Source: Sedimentisphaerales bacterium (GTDB lineage Bacteria > Planctomycetota > Phycisphaerae > Sedimentisphaerales > SM23-30). From it: a stretch of 64,000 nucleotides of DNA. Positions 40,738 to 50,399 of the stretch are shown here, piece after piece. The stretch is taken from NCBI GenBank assembly GCA_963666285.1, contig OY762711.1. One strand, written 5' to 3'. Numbering within the stretch: the stretch's first letter is position 1; each line of letters starts with the position of its first letter. Under the pieces are notes generated by a model. The model saw only the letters and a list, made by a program, of their open reading frames with translations, had not been told where the DNA came from and did no database searches. The position numbers were made by a program, and so were the translations under genes.

Positions 40738-42702
40738 ATGGTTCGCACAACACAATTAATTATAGCTTTATTAATATTATCATGGCAAAACACAAGCTTT
40801 GGCCAGAGGGCCATTGTCCAAATCAATGAGGAAGAATTTCAGGACAGGGTTTATGCCTGCTGGCTAGGTAAAAATATTGGAGGCACTCTAGGCATGCCCT
40901 TCGAAGGCCAACGCGAGATGCATGATATAAGCTACTACACCAATTTGAAACCGGGAGAACCTGCCGCTAATGACGATTTAGACCTTCAATTGCTTTGGCT
41001 CAAAGCACTTGAGGAGAATAATGGAAAAGTAGATGCCCGCACTCTGGGGCAATACTGGCTGAAATACATTCCGGTCAACTGGAACGAATACGGTGTCTGT
41101 AAGGAAAATATGAAACAGGGAATTCTACCACCAGTTTCGGGGGCTTTCAATAACGAACAATGGAAACACAGCAATGGCGCTTGGATACGAACAGAAATCT
41201 GGGCGTGTATAGCACCCGGCTGTCCGGGTCTGGCAGCAAGTATGGCCCGCGAAGATGCCTGTGTTGACCATGGCCAGGCTGAAGGGACCATGGCAGCAAT
41301 ATTTATTGCAGCAATCGAGAGTGCCGCTTTTATCGAGCACGATAGAGATAAATTGATAGCAATTGGCCTGGAGATGATCCCTCAGGATTGCCAGGTAAGC
41401 CTCGCTGTTAAAGCGGCACAGAAAGCATATCGCGAAGGCAAAGACTGGAAAACCGCTCGAGCCGAGACAAACAAAGCCAGTGAACAAACTGGATGGTTTC
41501 AGGCACCTCGAAACGTTGGTTATGTAGTTTTAGGCTGGCTATATGGCGAAGGTGATTTTGGCAAAAGTATAAGCCTGGCAGTTAATTGTGGTGATGATAC
41601 CGACTGTACCGGAGCTACACTTGGTTCAATCCTGGGTATAATAAACGGAAGCAAAGGCATTCCGGCACAATGGAAAGACCCTATTGGACTTGAGATAAAA
41701 ACATGCGCAATCAGCGGTTTCAATGCACCTGCAAATATAAATAATTTGACAGACCGAACTGTTGCTATGGCACGTAAAGTGATGGCATATCATAAAATGC
41801 CGGTCGAGCTGACAAAGCATAAATCGAATTTTAGCCGCGCTAACGAACTGAAACTAAACGATACATCAACCGCCCGGAAACTCTGGCACCTCTCTCCCTG
41901 GCAGGTAATATGGAACGAACCGGAAATTCAGACTACAATTGATTTTCAGCAGGAACCATATATCTTAACCGGCAGGCAGCGTCAGATATCTATCAGTCTT
42001 AAATCAAGGACCAAATCAGCTCAAACAATAAAAGCTGCATTAGAAGGACTGCCGTCAGACTGGCAAGTCAGCGATTTGCCGGACTCTCCTCTTGTTCTTG
42101 AAACCGAAAACAGTGTTCAGCAATTCAATATTAACTTTCTAACAACACTACATGAGTCCGGCCCGGCCCAGATGACACTATTGCTGAACCTTGGCACAAA
42201 AATTATTCGCATCCCACTGACTCTAATCTTAAAAGAAGTGGTAGGCCCCGACGATCTGGCATTATCTGCAAATGGTGCTGTCGCAATATCAGATGGAGAA
42301 CTCGACAGGGAACCTGGCTGCACACCGGAAGCTATCGACGGGATTATCGCGAGCAGCTGGGATTTCAGTAATCGCTGGCATTCATCAATAAATACCCCTC
42401 ACCCCCACTGGCTGGAAATCAGGCTGCCGCAGCGACAGACCATAGGGAGAATGATAATTCGTTTTGCTGACCCGCAAGGCTACCCTACTGACTTCGAAGT
42501 GTATGCCCAATTAATCGATGGCCAAAAGAAAATAATTGCAAAAGTATCGGACAACAAAAATACCAGGAAATATCTCTGTGACTTTGAACCAGTTAAAACT
42601 GATACCGTTAGAATTATTATTAATAATTCAGCTAATCCGGCTTACCCATATGCCGCACAGATCAGTGAATTTGAAATATATCCACCGAAACAACAACATT
42701 AA
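40738..42702 (+). CDS. Secreted ADP-ribosylglycohydrolase-family protein with a C-terminal discoidin/CBM32-like domain
   Basis: Signal peptide; GKNIGGTLG, NDDLD, GAWIRTEIW, GDDTDCTGAT; AIDG...RWHS...PHWLEI...ISEFEIY. Confidence 0.85.
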   Translation: MVRTTQLIIALLILSWQNTSFGQRAIVQINEEEFQDRVYACWLGKNIGGTLGMPFEGQREMHDISYYTNLKPGEPAANDDLDLQLLWLKALEENNGKVDARTLGQYWLKYIPVNWNEYGVCKENMKQGILPPVSGAFNNEQWKHSNGAWIRTEIWACIAPGCPGLAASMAREDACVDHGQAEGTMAAIFIAAIESAAFIEHDRDKLIAIGLEMIPQDCQVSLAVKAAQKAYREGKDWKTARAETNKASEQTGWFQAPRNVGYVVLGWLYGEGDFGKSISLAVNCGDDTDCTGATLGSILGIINGSKGIPAQWKDPIGLEIKTCAISGFNAPANINNLTDRTVAMARKVMAYHKMPVELTKHKSNFSRANELKLNDTSTARKLWHLSPWQVIWNEPEIQTTIDFQQEPYILTGRQRQISISLKSRTKSAQTIKAALEGLPSDWQVSDLPDSPLVLETENSVQQFNINFLTTLHESGPAQMTLLLNLGTKIIRIPLTLILKEVVGPDDLALSANGAVAISDGELDREPGCTPEAIDGIIASSWDFSNRWHSSINTPHPHWLEIRLPQRQTIGRMIIRFADPQGYPTDFEVYAQLIDGQKKIIAKVSDNKNTRKYLCDFEPVKTDTVRIIINNSANPAYPYAAQISEFEIYPPKQQH

Positions 42703-42917
42703 ATAGAGAAAATGGATGCTGAGATTGCCGGCCACTTACATATTTCGCCAAAGGCAAATAAATGACTTTCAGACACTTCCACATCTCCAGTATTTTACAA
42801 ATATAACAACACTGTTTTAAAAGCATGAAAAGGTATATCCCCCAGGGGCAAATTCAATATCCATCCTGACATCTAATACTATACAAAACACGATGCCCGC
42901 CTGCGGGAATTTCTCTT

Positions 42918-44081
42918 TTATCCCTTACCTGTTGTTGATATACCTTTTAGTTTGCTTATTAATTGATCGGAATTAAGCGAGGCTTTTTTGGCGACATCAT
43001 GAGATATCATATCCTTTTGAACAAGTTCAACCAGCGAATCGTTATAGTTTCTCATCCCTGCCGATTTCTGCTTTTCTATAGCATCTGCAAGTATAGAACT
43101 TGATTCACCTTCCTCGATATATTGTCGAACTGCTGCATTATTGATCAAAACTTCCGTTGCCGGTACCCGCCCGCAAACCTTACCGTCGGTACCAATCATT
43201 GGAACCAGCATCTGGTTCATAATAGCAATTAGATTATTTGCCAGGTTTGCTCTCACACCTGGCTTTTCATCTTCTGGAAAATAATTCAGAATTCGATCAA
43301 AAGTTGACGGAGCTGTTCCCGTATGCAAAGTTGTTAGGACTAGATGACCGGTTTCAGCCGCTCTTATAGCACTGTCAATTGTCTCTTTATCACGCATTTC
43401 TCCGACCAGAATAACATCCGGGTCTTCTCGAACTGCCGCCTTCAGTGCATAGTCAAAAGTATCGAAATCTTCACCCAGCTCTCTTTGATTGATTATACAT
43501 AGCGTCCCCAGGAATTGATATTCAATTGGATCTTCAATAGTTACAATATGCTTTCTTTCGTTATTATTAATATAATTGATCATTGCTGCCAGAGTAGTGG
43601 ATTTCCCGCTTCCTGTCTCTCCGCCAACTACAATTATACCCTTGGAGTTCTCCGTTATTGTTTCTTCATAAATATCTGGCAGATTAAGTTGCTTAAAATC
43701 GGGTATATCAGGCCGTATTTTCCTGATTGCAATACTCATCAGGCCGCGCGACTTGTATAATTGAGTTCGATATCTGATAGTAGCGTTTCCTTTGGGTACT
43801 TCAAATGCATAGTCAACACTGCCATGTTTATGATATAACTCCATTAACCTGTTTGATCTTTTCTCATATTCCGGCGTACCTTTTTTACCAAAGGTGGTTT
43901 CAGCCATATGAAATACGGTTCCTTCATCCAATTTACCGGCATCTAAATTATGTATCCCATCAGCCACCCTTATCGATACCGGACAATTAGATTTCAGATG
44001 AAGGTCAGAAGCATTAAACCTTTCGACAATACTTAGATAAACAAGTAAATTTGCCTTATCAACTTCTTTGTTCTCTACCAT
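42918..44081 (-). CDS. pilT: PilT/PilU-family type IV pilus retraction ATPase
   Basis: ASDLHL, GETGSGKSTT, TIEDPIE, REDPDVILVGEMRD, AETGHLVLTTLHT. Confidence 0.9.
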   Translation of the reverse strand: MVENKEVDKANLLVYLSIVERFNASDLHLKSNCPVSIRVADGIHNLDAGKLDEGTVFHMAETTFGKKGTPEYEKRSNRLMELYHKHGSVDYAFEVPKGNATIRYRTQLYKSRGLMSIAIRKIRPDIPDFKQLNLPDIYEETITENSKGIIVVGGETGSGKSTTLAAMINYINNNERKHIVTIEDPIEYQFLGTLCIINQRELGEDFDTFDYALKAAVREDPDVILVGEMRDKETIDSAIRAAETGHLVLTTLHTGTAPSTFDRILNYFPEDEKPGVRANLANNLIAIMNQMLVPMIGTDGKVCGRVPATEVLINNAAVRQYIEEGESSSILADAIEKQKSAGMRNYNDSLVELVQKDMISHDVAKKASLNSDQLISKLKGISTTGKG

Positions 44082-44570
44082 ATTTTATACCCCACAAAAT
44101 TAATTCATTTTTAGTAAACTTATAATACAACTTCTGGAAACTTATCTTAAGCGATAAGCTTATCCAAAATAACAAATGTCATTAATAACATGTACCGATT
44201 TCAATATTTGATATAGAAAGCTTATGAGATTGAGCAATTAAAGCCTGACTGGGCCGACTGTTTCAGCATCGACAAAGAAAGGATATATACTAACACACGC
44301 GATTGTAATTACCACACTCTTCATGCCAGACTCCGTAATCGCACTTAAATTACATATAAAAGACTAATAAGAACCATTTTATTGCTGGGACCAGTGAATT
44401 TCAAATTAATTTGTAATAAACTTACGCCGGCATGCCGACAGCCTGAGCCATATATTAGATATTTAGAATTTAACCACTGGCATTAGAGAAGGAACCGCCT
44501 TTGGCAAGACATACGCTATTAGCTGACTCAACAAACACCTGAAACCCGCCTTCGCCACCTAACCTGCGCA

Positions 44571-44687
44571 TAATACCTTACGTAACAACAACTTAACACA
44601 ATAAGAATGTCCGCCCCCAACCAAAGAGCTGCAAGTTCAAGCCCGCATACAACAATTCAGCATAACCATCTGCAATTACAATAGTTA
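44571..44687 (+). mobile_element. att-like junction C (more degenerate)
   Basis: 25-bp site (44571-44595), then GAGCTGCAAGTTCAAGCCCGCATA, then the 25-bp site TAACCATCTGCAATTACAATAGTTA (44663-44687), which resembles those of junctions A and B. Confidence 0.55.
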
Positions 44688-44846
44688 AACAAACCTCCAC
44701 CTCCTCCTGCTTTTCAATACGACACACTTATAATCAGGCTGGAAACCACAAAGTTTTAAATAATCAGACCTGTCGCTAAAGAACAAAAGTAATGGTTCCG
44801 ACATAATATATATAAGCAGCAAAAATAATCACCAATAAGGAAATAT

Positions 44847-45173
44847 ATGAAAAAGTGCCCATTTTGTGCCGAAGATATCCAGGATGAAGCCATCAAATGC
44901 CGTCATTGTGGGGAATTTCTTGATAAAACACACAAATCAGATGCAAATAACAAGTGGTACTTTTCCACATCTGCAATCGTTATAGGCCTGGCTACTTTAG
45001 GACCGCTGGCACTGCCCCTGGTATGGTTCAACCCCAAATACAATGCCGCCGCTAAAATCATTGTCACTATCGCTATTTTTGCCCTTACCTATTTCCTCTG
45101 TTATTTAATGGGAAAGGCGTATCAAAACTTAGTGCAGGAACTTAACAATCTTGGACTGAATCAGCTGCAATAA
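44847..45173 (+). CDS. Zinc-ribbon membrane protein
   Basis: CPFC...CRHC plus two TM segments; AAGGA RBS. Confidence 0.85.
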   Translation: MKKCPFCAEDIQDEAIKCRHCGEFLDKTHKSDANNKWYFSTSAIVIGLATLGPLALPLVWFNPKYNAAAKIIVTIAIFALTYFLCYLMGKAYQNLVQELNNLGLNQLQ

Positions 45174-45389
45174 CCCGTCACCAATCTACTATTACAATTT
45201 TACCCTGACACATAATTTCAAAAATGATATAATGATAATTGTATCGGAAAACCGCAATTTTGAATATCTATTAACTGTGGTTAATTTATATATACACATA
45301 CACTGAAATTCAAGTTAGTATTTTGTTACAAAAAAACTAAAGGATGACCTCATAACAGAGGTTGCCAAAATAGATCGGATCGAATTAAT

Positions 45390-46514
45390 ATGAAAAAAGC
45401 ATTATACGCCTTCTCTGGTGACCCCATAACATACGGTCACATAGATATAATAAAAAGAGCTTCAAAAGCATTCGATCATGTTACTGTCGGCATAGGAGTC
45501 AACCCCCAAAAGAATTACCTGTTTTCACTGGATGAACGAACCCAACTGGCAGAAATCTCTTTAAGAGGAATACCAAATACAAAGGTTATACCCTTTTCTG
45601 GAATGCTTGTCGATTATGCCTACGAAAACAGTATCGAAGTAATCGTAAAAGGGGTCAGAAACTCGGAAGACTTCAGCTATGAAAACGTGCTCCACCAGGT
45701 CGGCGAAAGTCAAAAGCTTGGCATCGACACCCATATATTATTTGCCAGGCCGCACCTTGTACACGTCAGCTCCAGTGCCGTTAAAGAAATACAAAGAAAC
45801 CAGGGTGACATTCACGATTATGTACCCCTGTGCGTAAAACAGAAACTTGAAGAAAAAATCAGTAATCAATATATAATCGGTATCACCGGCGAAATGGGGG
45901 CAGGCAAATCATACATCAGCCAAAAGCTATGTGAATCTAAATGCGACATACCTGTCCACAATATTGAACTTGACCATATTGGCCACCAGATTCTGGAAGA
46001 GCTTTCCGACCCGGCATATAAAAATATCAGGAAAGAAATTGCCGATAATTTTGGCCGCGAGCTCTTAAGACCGGATAGCTTCATAGATCGTAAAACTCTG
46101 GGCAATATTGTTTTTAACGATGTCGAAAAGCTTCAAAAACTGAATAACCTGCTCTACACGCCAATTAATATAAGGCTTAGAAAAGCAATACAAGGCATGT
46201 CCGGCATAATACTCATAAATGCCGCATTATTAGCAGAAACAGATATGCTCCACATATGCAATAACAATATTATTTTACTAAACGTATCCAAAAATGCACA
46301 ATGCGAAAGACTCAAATTTAGAAACCTGAACCAAAACCAGATTGATACGAGAATTTCCTGCCAGTATCACTACGATCAAAAAATATCTAAAATTGAGAAA
46401 ATAATAAATCGGGACAACTATGGCAAGCTGTGGACTATTGACAGCAATGAAGAATTTTCTGACCAAAAAGCAGACACACTACTTGAAGAAATAAAAAAAT
46501 ATTTTTCGATATGA
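45390..46514 (+). CDS. coaD: Fused pantetheine-phosphate adenylyltransferase / dephospho-CoA kinase (CoaD-CoaE)
   Basis: N-terminal DPITYGHIDII, VKGVRN, VSSSAVKE; C-terminal IIGITGEMGAGKS, IDRKTLGNIVF. Confidence 0.88.
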   Translation: MKKALYAFSGDPITYGHIDIIKRASKAFDHVTVGIGVNPQKNYLFSLDERTQLAEISLRGIPNTKVIPFSGMLVDYAYENSIEVIVKGVRNSEDFSYENVLHQVGESQKLGIDTHILFARPHLVHVSSSAVKEIQRNQGDIHDYVPLCVKQKLEEKISNQYIIGITGEMGAGKSYISQKLCESKCDIPVHNIELDHIGHQILEELSDPAYKNIRKEIADNFGRELLRPDSFIDRKTLGNIVFNDVEKLQKLNNLLYTPINIRLRKAIQGMSGIILINAALLAETDMLHICNNNIILLNVSKNAQCERLKFRNLNQNQIDTRISCQYHYDQKISKIEKIINRDNYGKLWTIDSNEEFSDQKADTLLEEIKKYFSI

Positions 46515-47131
46515 TGGAAACTAAGTATATACAATTATGCAGCAGGTTAAATCTGGCAGGTAATATAAAAAACGAATATAGCTTACTTGTAAAACAATAT
46601 TCTGAGCCTGGCAGATTTTATCATAATATCAATCACATTAAAATGTGCCTGGATGAATTTGAAAATGTTTCTCATTTATCTGACCACCCGGACATTATAG
46701 AATTTGCCATTTGGTATCATGACATTATCTACGATGTGTCCGGCTCCGACAACGAAGAGCAAAGTGCCCGGGTTGCAATAGATATTTTTCAAAATAATAG
46801 TATCAAACCGGCCATGATCAACAGCCTGCGTGAACTCATTCTTGCCACAAAACATAATGCCGCTCCTGATTCTATCGACCAGAAAATCATCATCGATATT
46901 GACCTTTCAATCTTAGGTCAGGATAAACATATATTTAATGAATATGATCGGGCTATCAGAAAAGAATACTCCCATGTACCGGTAGAAGTTTACAACGATG
47001 CAAGATGTAAAATACTAAAAACCTTTCTCGATAGAACTACTATCTATTCCCTGCCGTATTTCATTGACAAATACGAGATACAGGCCAGAAACAATCTTAA
47101 AAACGCCATTATCTCCCTGACCGAATCATAA
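46511..47131 (+). CDS. HD-superfamily metal-dependent phosphohydrolase (COG4339-like)
   Basis: YSEPGRFYH...HI, AIWYHDIIYD, NEEQSA, ATKH, IDIDLSILG, IRKEY; overlaps the coaDE stop. Confidence 0.85.
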   Translation: MMETKYIQLCSRLNLAGNIKNEYSLLVKQYSEPGRFYHNINHIKMCLDEFENVSHLSDHPDIIEFAIWYHDIIYDVSGSDNEEQSARVAIDIFQNNSIKPAMINSLRELILATKHNAAPDSIDQKIIIDIDLSILGQDKHIFNEYDRAIRKEYSHVPVEVYNDARCKILKTFLDRTTIYSLPYFIDKYEIQARNNLKNAIISLTES

Positions 47132-47325
47132 CCTTTCAAAAAAATGTGAAGTATATGAATGGCAGTACTATAATGATGAAAGTGTAACTGGCTCTGATAT
47201 TGATTTCTTCTACCCTGTTGAAGATTTATTTTTTGGGGTTATAAAGGAATATGGACATAGTAGATATTTCAATAAAAACAAAAATTGGTTTCCAGAGAAA
47301 ACTAAAAGGGGTCCGTCCCTTTTAA

Positions 47326-47871
47326 TTATCTTTTCTCATCTGCTGCCATATCTCGAACACCCTGGGTGTCCATACCGGCCCTTACCAGTACCCGGGATGT
47401 TCTCGGCAAGGTATAGCTGATCTTATTATCTGACCGGGCAAGGGCGACATTCTGCGGGGTGACACGAGTGCCGCCGGAAGTAATTATCGGGTCATAAACG
47501 GCGGTATTGTCCTGGTTCTTCGCCTCAATTGTAAAAAAGTATGCCTCGTCACCCGCAATAGTGCCGCTATTGTCTTTACCATCCCAGCGGGCAGAATGTA
47601 CGCCTGCCGGGCGGCTGGTCCAGTCCTGCAAGAGCTTTATCTGTTCCTGCTGCGGGCCGTAGATGATGATACGCGTCTGGGCATCGTCGCTGAGTGTGTA
47701 TTTGATGCTGGCATATTGACCTGCCGAAGAAATGTTCAGCTCTGTCGGGAATGCCATAACCTGGTCGATTTTGAGGGTTTCGGCTGACAACTGCTGCGGC
47801 ATAAGCAATAATGCCAAAAGGGCAATCCCGGAAAACCAGCATTTTGTATTTATCTTTTCAATCTCTATCAT
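47326..47871 (-). CDS. Secreted FlgD-like Ig-domain protein, probably C-terminally truncated
   Basis: Signal peptide; AGVHSARWDGKDNSG....DEAYFFTIEA. A second repeat (ISYTLPRTSRVLVRAG) breaks off abruptly. Confidence 0.7.
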   Translation of the reverse strand: MIEIEKINTKCWFSGIALLALLLMPQQLSAETLKIDQVMAFPTELNISSAGQYASIKYTLSDDAQTRIIIYGPQQEQIKLLQDWTSRPAGVHSARWDGKDNSGTIAGDEAYFFTIEAKNQDNTAVYDPIITSGGTRVTPQNVALARSDNKISYTLPRTSRVLVRAGMDTQGVRDMAADEKR

Positions 47872-47932
47872 AATATTTCCTTGTTAATATACAATTATGT
47901 ACATCTTTTAGACCCTTTAATTCTCCATATAT

Positions 47933-48175
47933 TCAAGTAAAATGTACGCGTTGAATTAGAAGCAATACCGAAATCAGTGTAAATACAAACAAAAACATTT
48001 CAATAACACTTCCTCTTCCAAATATTTTCATAAGCCATATGTATATTAGCACAGAAAATATACTAATACATATATCCCATTTTATACTATTTACGCTTAA
48101 GAGACCATGTATAAGCAAAATCATACTCAATACTATTTCAAGCATATAATCTTTTAATATATTTAGTGTTTTCAA
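47933..48175 (-). CDS. Small membrane protein, candidate immunity protein copy 2
   Basis: 80 aa, about 3 TM segments; 57/80 identical to the adjacent gene; TTG start after GAAGG. Confidence 0.7.
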   Translation of the reverse strand: MKTLNILKDYMLEIVLSMILLIHGLLSVNSIKWDICISIFSVLIYIWLMKIFGRGSVIEMFLFVFTLISVLLLIQRVHFT

Positions 48176-48218
48176 GGGTAACCTTCATTCTTGTATTTAC
48201 TATAATTATTTAGCATGC

Positions 48219-48461
48219 TTAAGAGAAGAAAATGCGTTGTATCAGAAGCAATAATGAAACCATTGAAAATGCAGCCATAAACATTTCAATAGCACTTCCT
48301 CGTCCAAATATTTTCATAAGCCATATGTATAATAGTACAGAAACTAAACTAATACATATATCATATTTTATGCTATTCACGCTTAAGAGACCAGGTATTA
48401 GCAAAATAACACTCAACACTATTTCAAGCCTATAATTTTTTAATAAATCAATTATTTTCAA
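48219..48461 (-). CDS. Small membrane protein, candidate immunity protein copy 1
   Basis: 80 aa, directly downstream of the Rhs C-terminal domain; AAGGA RBS. Confidence 0.7.
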   Translation of the reverse strand: MKIIDLLKNYRLEIVLSVILLIPGLLSVNSIKYDICISLVSVLLYIWLMKIFGRGSAIEMFMAAFSMVSLLLLIQRIFFS

Positions 48462-48539
48462 TAGTAACTTTCCTTTCTTATTATAGGTACTATTATCACT
48501 CTATTTTCACCAATACGGCTAATTGTGACTTTCTTATTC

Positions 48540-49954
48540 CTAATTACCGGACATCTCATCCTCAGTTTGCCAATTATCATATAAAACATAAGAAGTACCA
48601 GCAGCAATTGTTGGTACGCTCCACCCGATTCCATCAAGTAAATAATCATGAGCATGTCCCTTAAATAATTCTTTTTGGGTCATTTGTCTTAAGCCACCTG
48701 TGGTAGCATCGTATAATTGACCATAATAAAATTCACCTGTCTGAATATTATATGCTCCTGGACCGGGGGTTCGCAAAATACCAGTTTTATTTTGAACGTA
48801 GGATAAAGGGCTTCTAATTTTGGGCTTAATCAAACCTGATGGGTTAACTTCTACAGTGTGCGTTGTTCTACTTGGTTTTACAAAAGTTTTAGAAACTCGA
48901 CCAAATGTAGTTTCAGGTAATTGGGTCTTTTCAAGTGCCCAACCAGAATACCTACCATTAAGAAAACCACTTGATTCAATTCCAGCTTTTCCAGCCTCAT
49001 CAGTTAAATGAATAGCAGAATTAGTATAACGAACAAAATCATCAGAAAATTGTGCTGCACCATACTTCATAGCCTGTTTTGCTGCTAACTGAGGAAATAC
49101 TTTTACACTTGTCATTCCTAGAAGCTCGGCAACTTGAGCTTCACCACCTGTTGCTAAGAATAATGTTAGTTGAAGAGTATAATCCAATGCTCGAACTGTG
49201 GTTGCCTTAAGACTTTCTTTATACCACTTTAATTTTTTGACATCTTCAAAAAATTCTCTATATTGCTTTGCTGTTAAACCATGAGAATCTATAAATATAG
49301 TATCTTTTCTTTTGTCATATATTGCTCGATCAAGTGAATCAGCTATCTCACGACCATTTTGGCTATACGTCTGAATGGCCATTGAACCAGATTCCATATA
49401 CATATGAAGAACCAATGCACCTTCTTTAAAAGATAATAAATCACCCAAGCATTTAATTCGTTTATCATCAGGAACATAAGGTTTGTTTTTCCAATGTTCT
49501 ACAAAGTCCTTGCTCATCTCCAACCCCAGCGGATCGGTACCATTCACGCCCATGTAGGCGTTGTAGAGGTTTAGTCCGTCGGCGAATTTGCCCGTGCGGC
49601 TTCGCACCCTGCCGGGTCTTCGCTGAGCCATCGACCGTGGAGCGGGTCGTACTCGCGGAAGTGGGTGTGGTAGAGGCCGGTGAACTGGTCGCGATACATG
49701 CCGCACCATCCGAACGGGATGAATTGCGAGCGGCCGAGGTTGACAGCGGGAGCATCGAGACGCATTTTTGGTACATCTACTGTGCCGGTAGAGTCGTAAG
49801 CTTTGCATAGTCCAGTTGAATTGTAAAAGAGCTTTTCGATGACATTCCCGGCAGTGTCAGCCACACCGACTATTGTGCCGCGATCATCGCGAATCGGGAC
49901 ATAACCAAATTTCTGGCCCGGGCAGTCCGGATCATCATACCGTTCAATACACAT
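48540..49954 (-). pseudogene. Orphan, frameshifted Rhs core fragment plus C-terminal toxin domain
   Basis: Core FGWCGMYRDQFTGLYHTHFREYDPLHGRWLSEDPAG is in one frame; FADGLNLYNAYMGVNGTDPLGL plus a 326-aa AT-rich C-terminal domain is in another. Confidence 0.82.
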
Positions 49955-50399
49955 AGTGTATGATTTGGTCCGATCGCTCGTGAGGTAAGCAATGATAAAG
50001 TAATTATTTATACCACGCTCTAACGGGCAATCTCAATTGTTTAGGGTATGTCAATGCCAGATCAGTCAGTCCCTGACCATAATATTAACGACTAAGCAGA
50101 AGATTGTCAATGAGACTATATTTTCTGAGTCTCCGATCTATCTACATACGAGATAAGTATTAAAATGCAGACAAAATCTATGGACAAACTATCACACCCT
50201 AGGCATTTATCCAAGTCTTCGGCTCCGCCGACAACACACCTCTGGCAACACCGAGCGAAATGAAATCCACCTCAGGCGGAGCTCTCCACATACCGGCACC
50301 AGGCAGCCGTCCCCGTTAAAAATCTTGAGCTCATCGATAACCCTGAGCATAAAACAACCGTCGCACTACCTCCGAGACCTGCCCGTTCAACTTCGCTTA

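Noticed and set aside
49587..49808. N-terminal part of the 422-aa ORF (MQSLRLYRH...)
   Set aside because: It is an off-frame reading of the Rhs core upstream of the frameshift.
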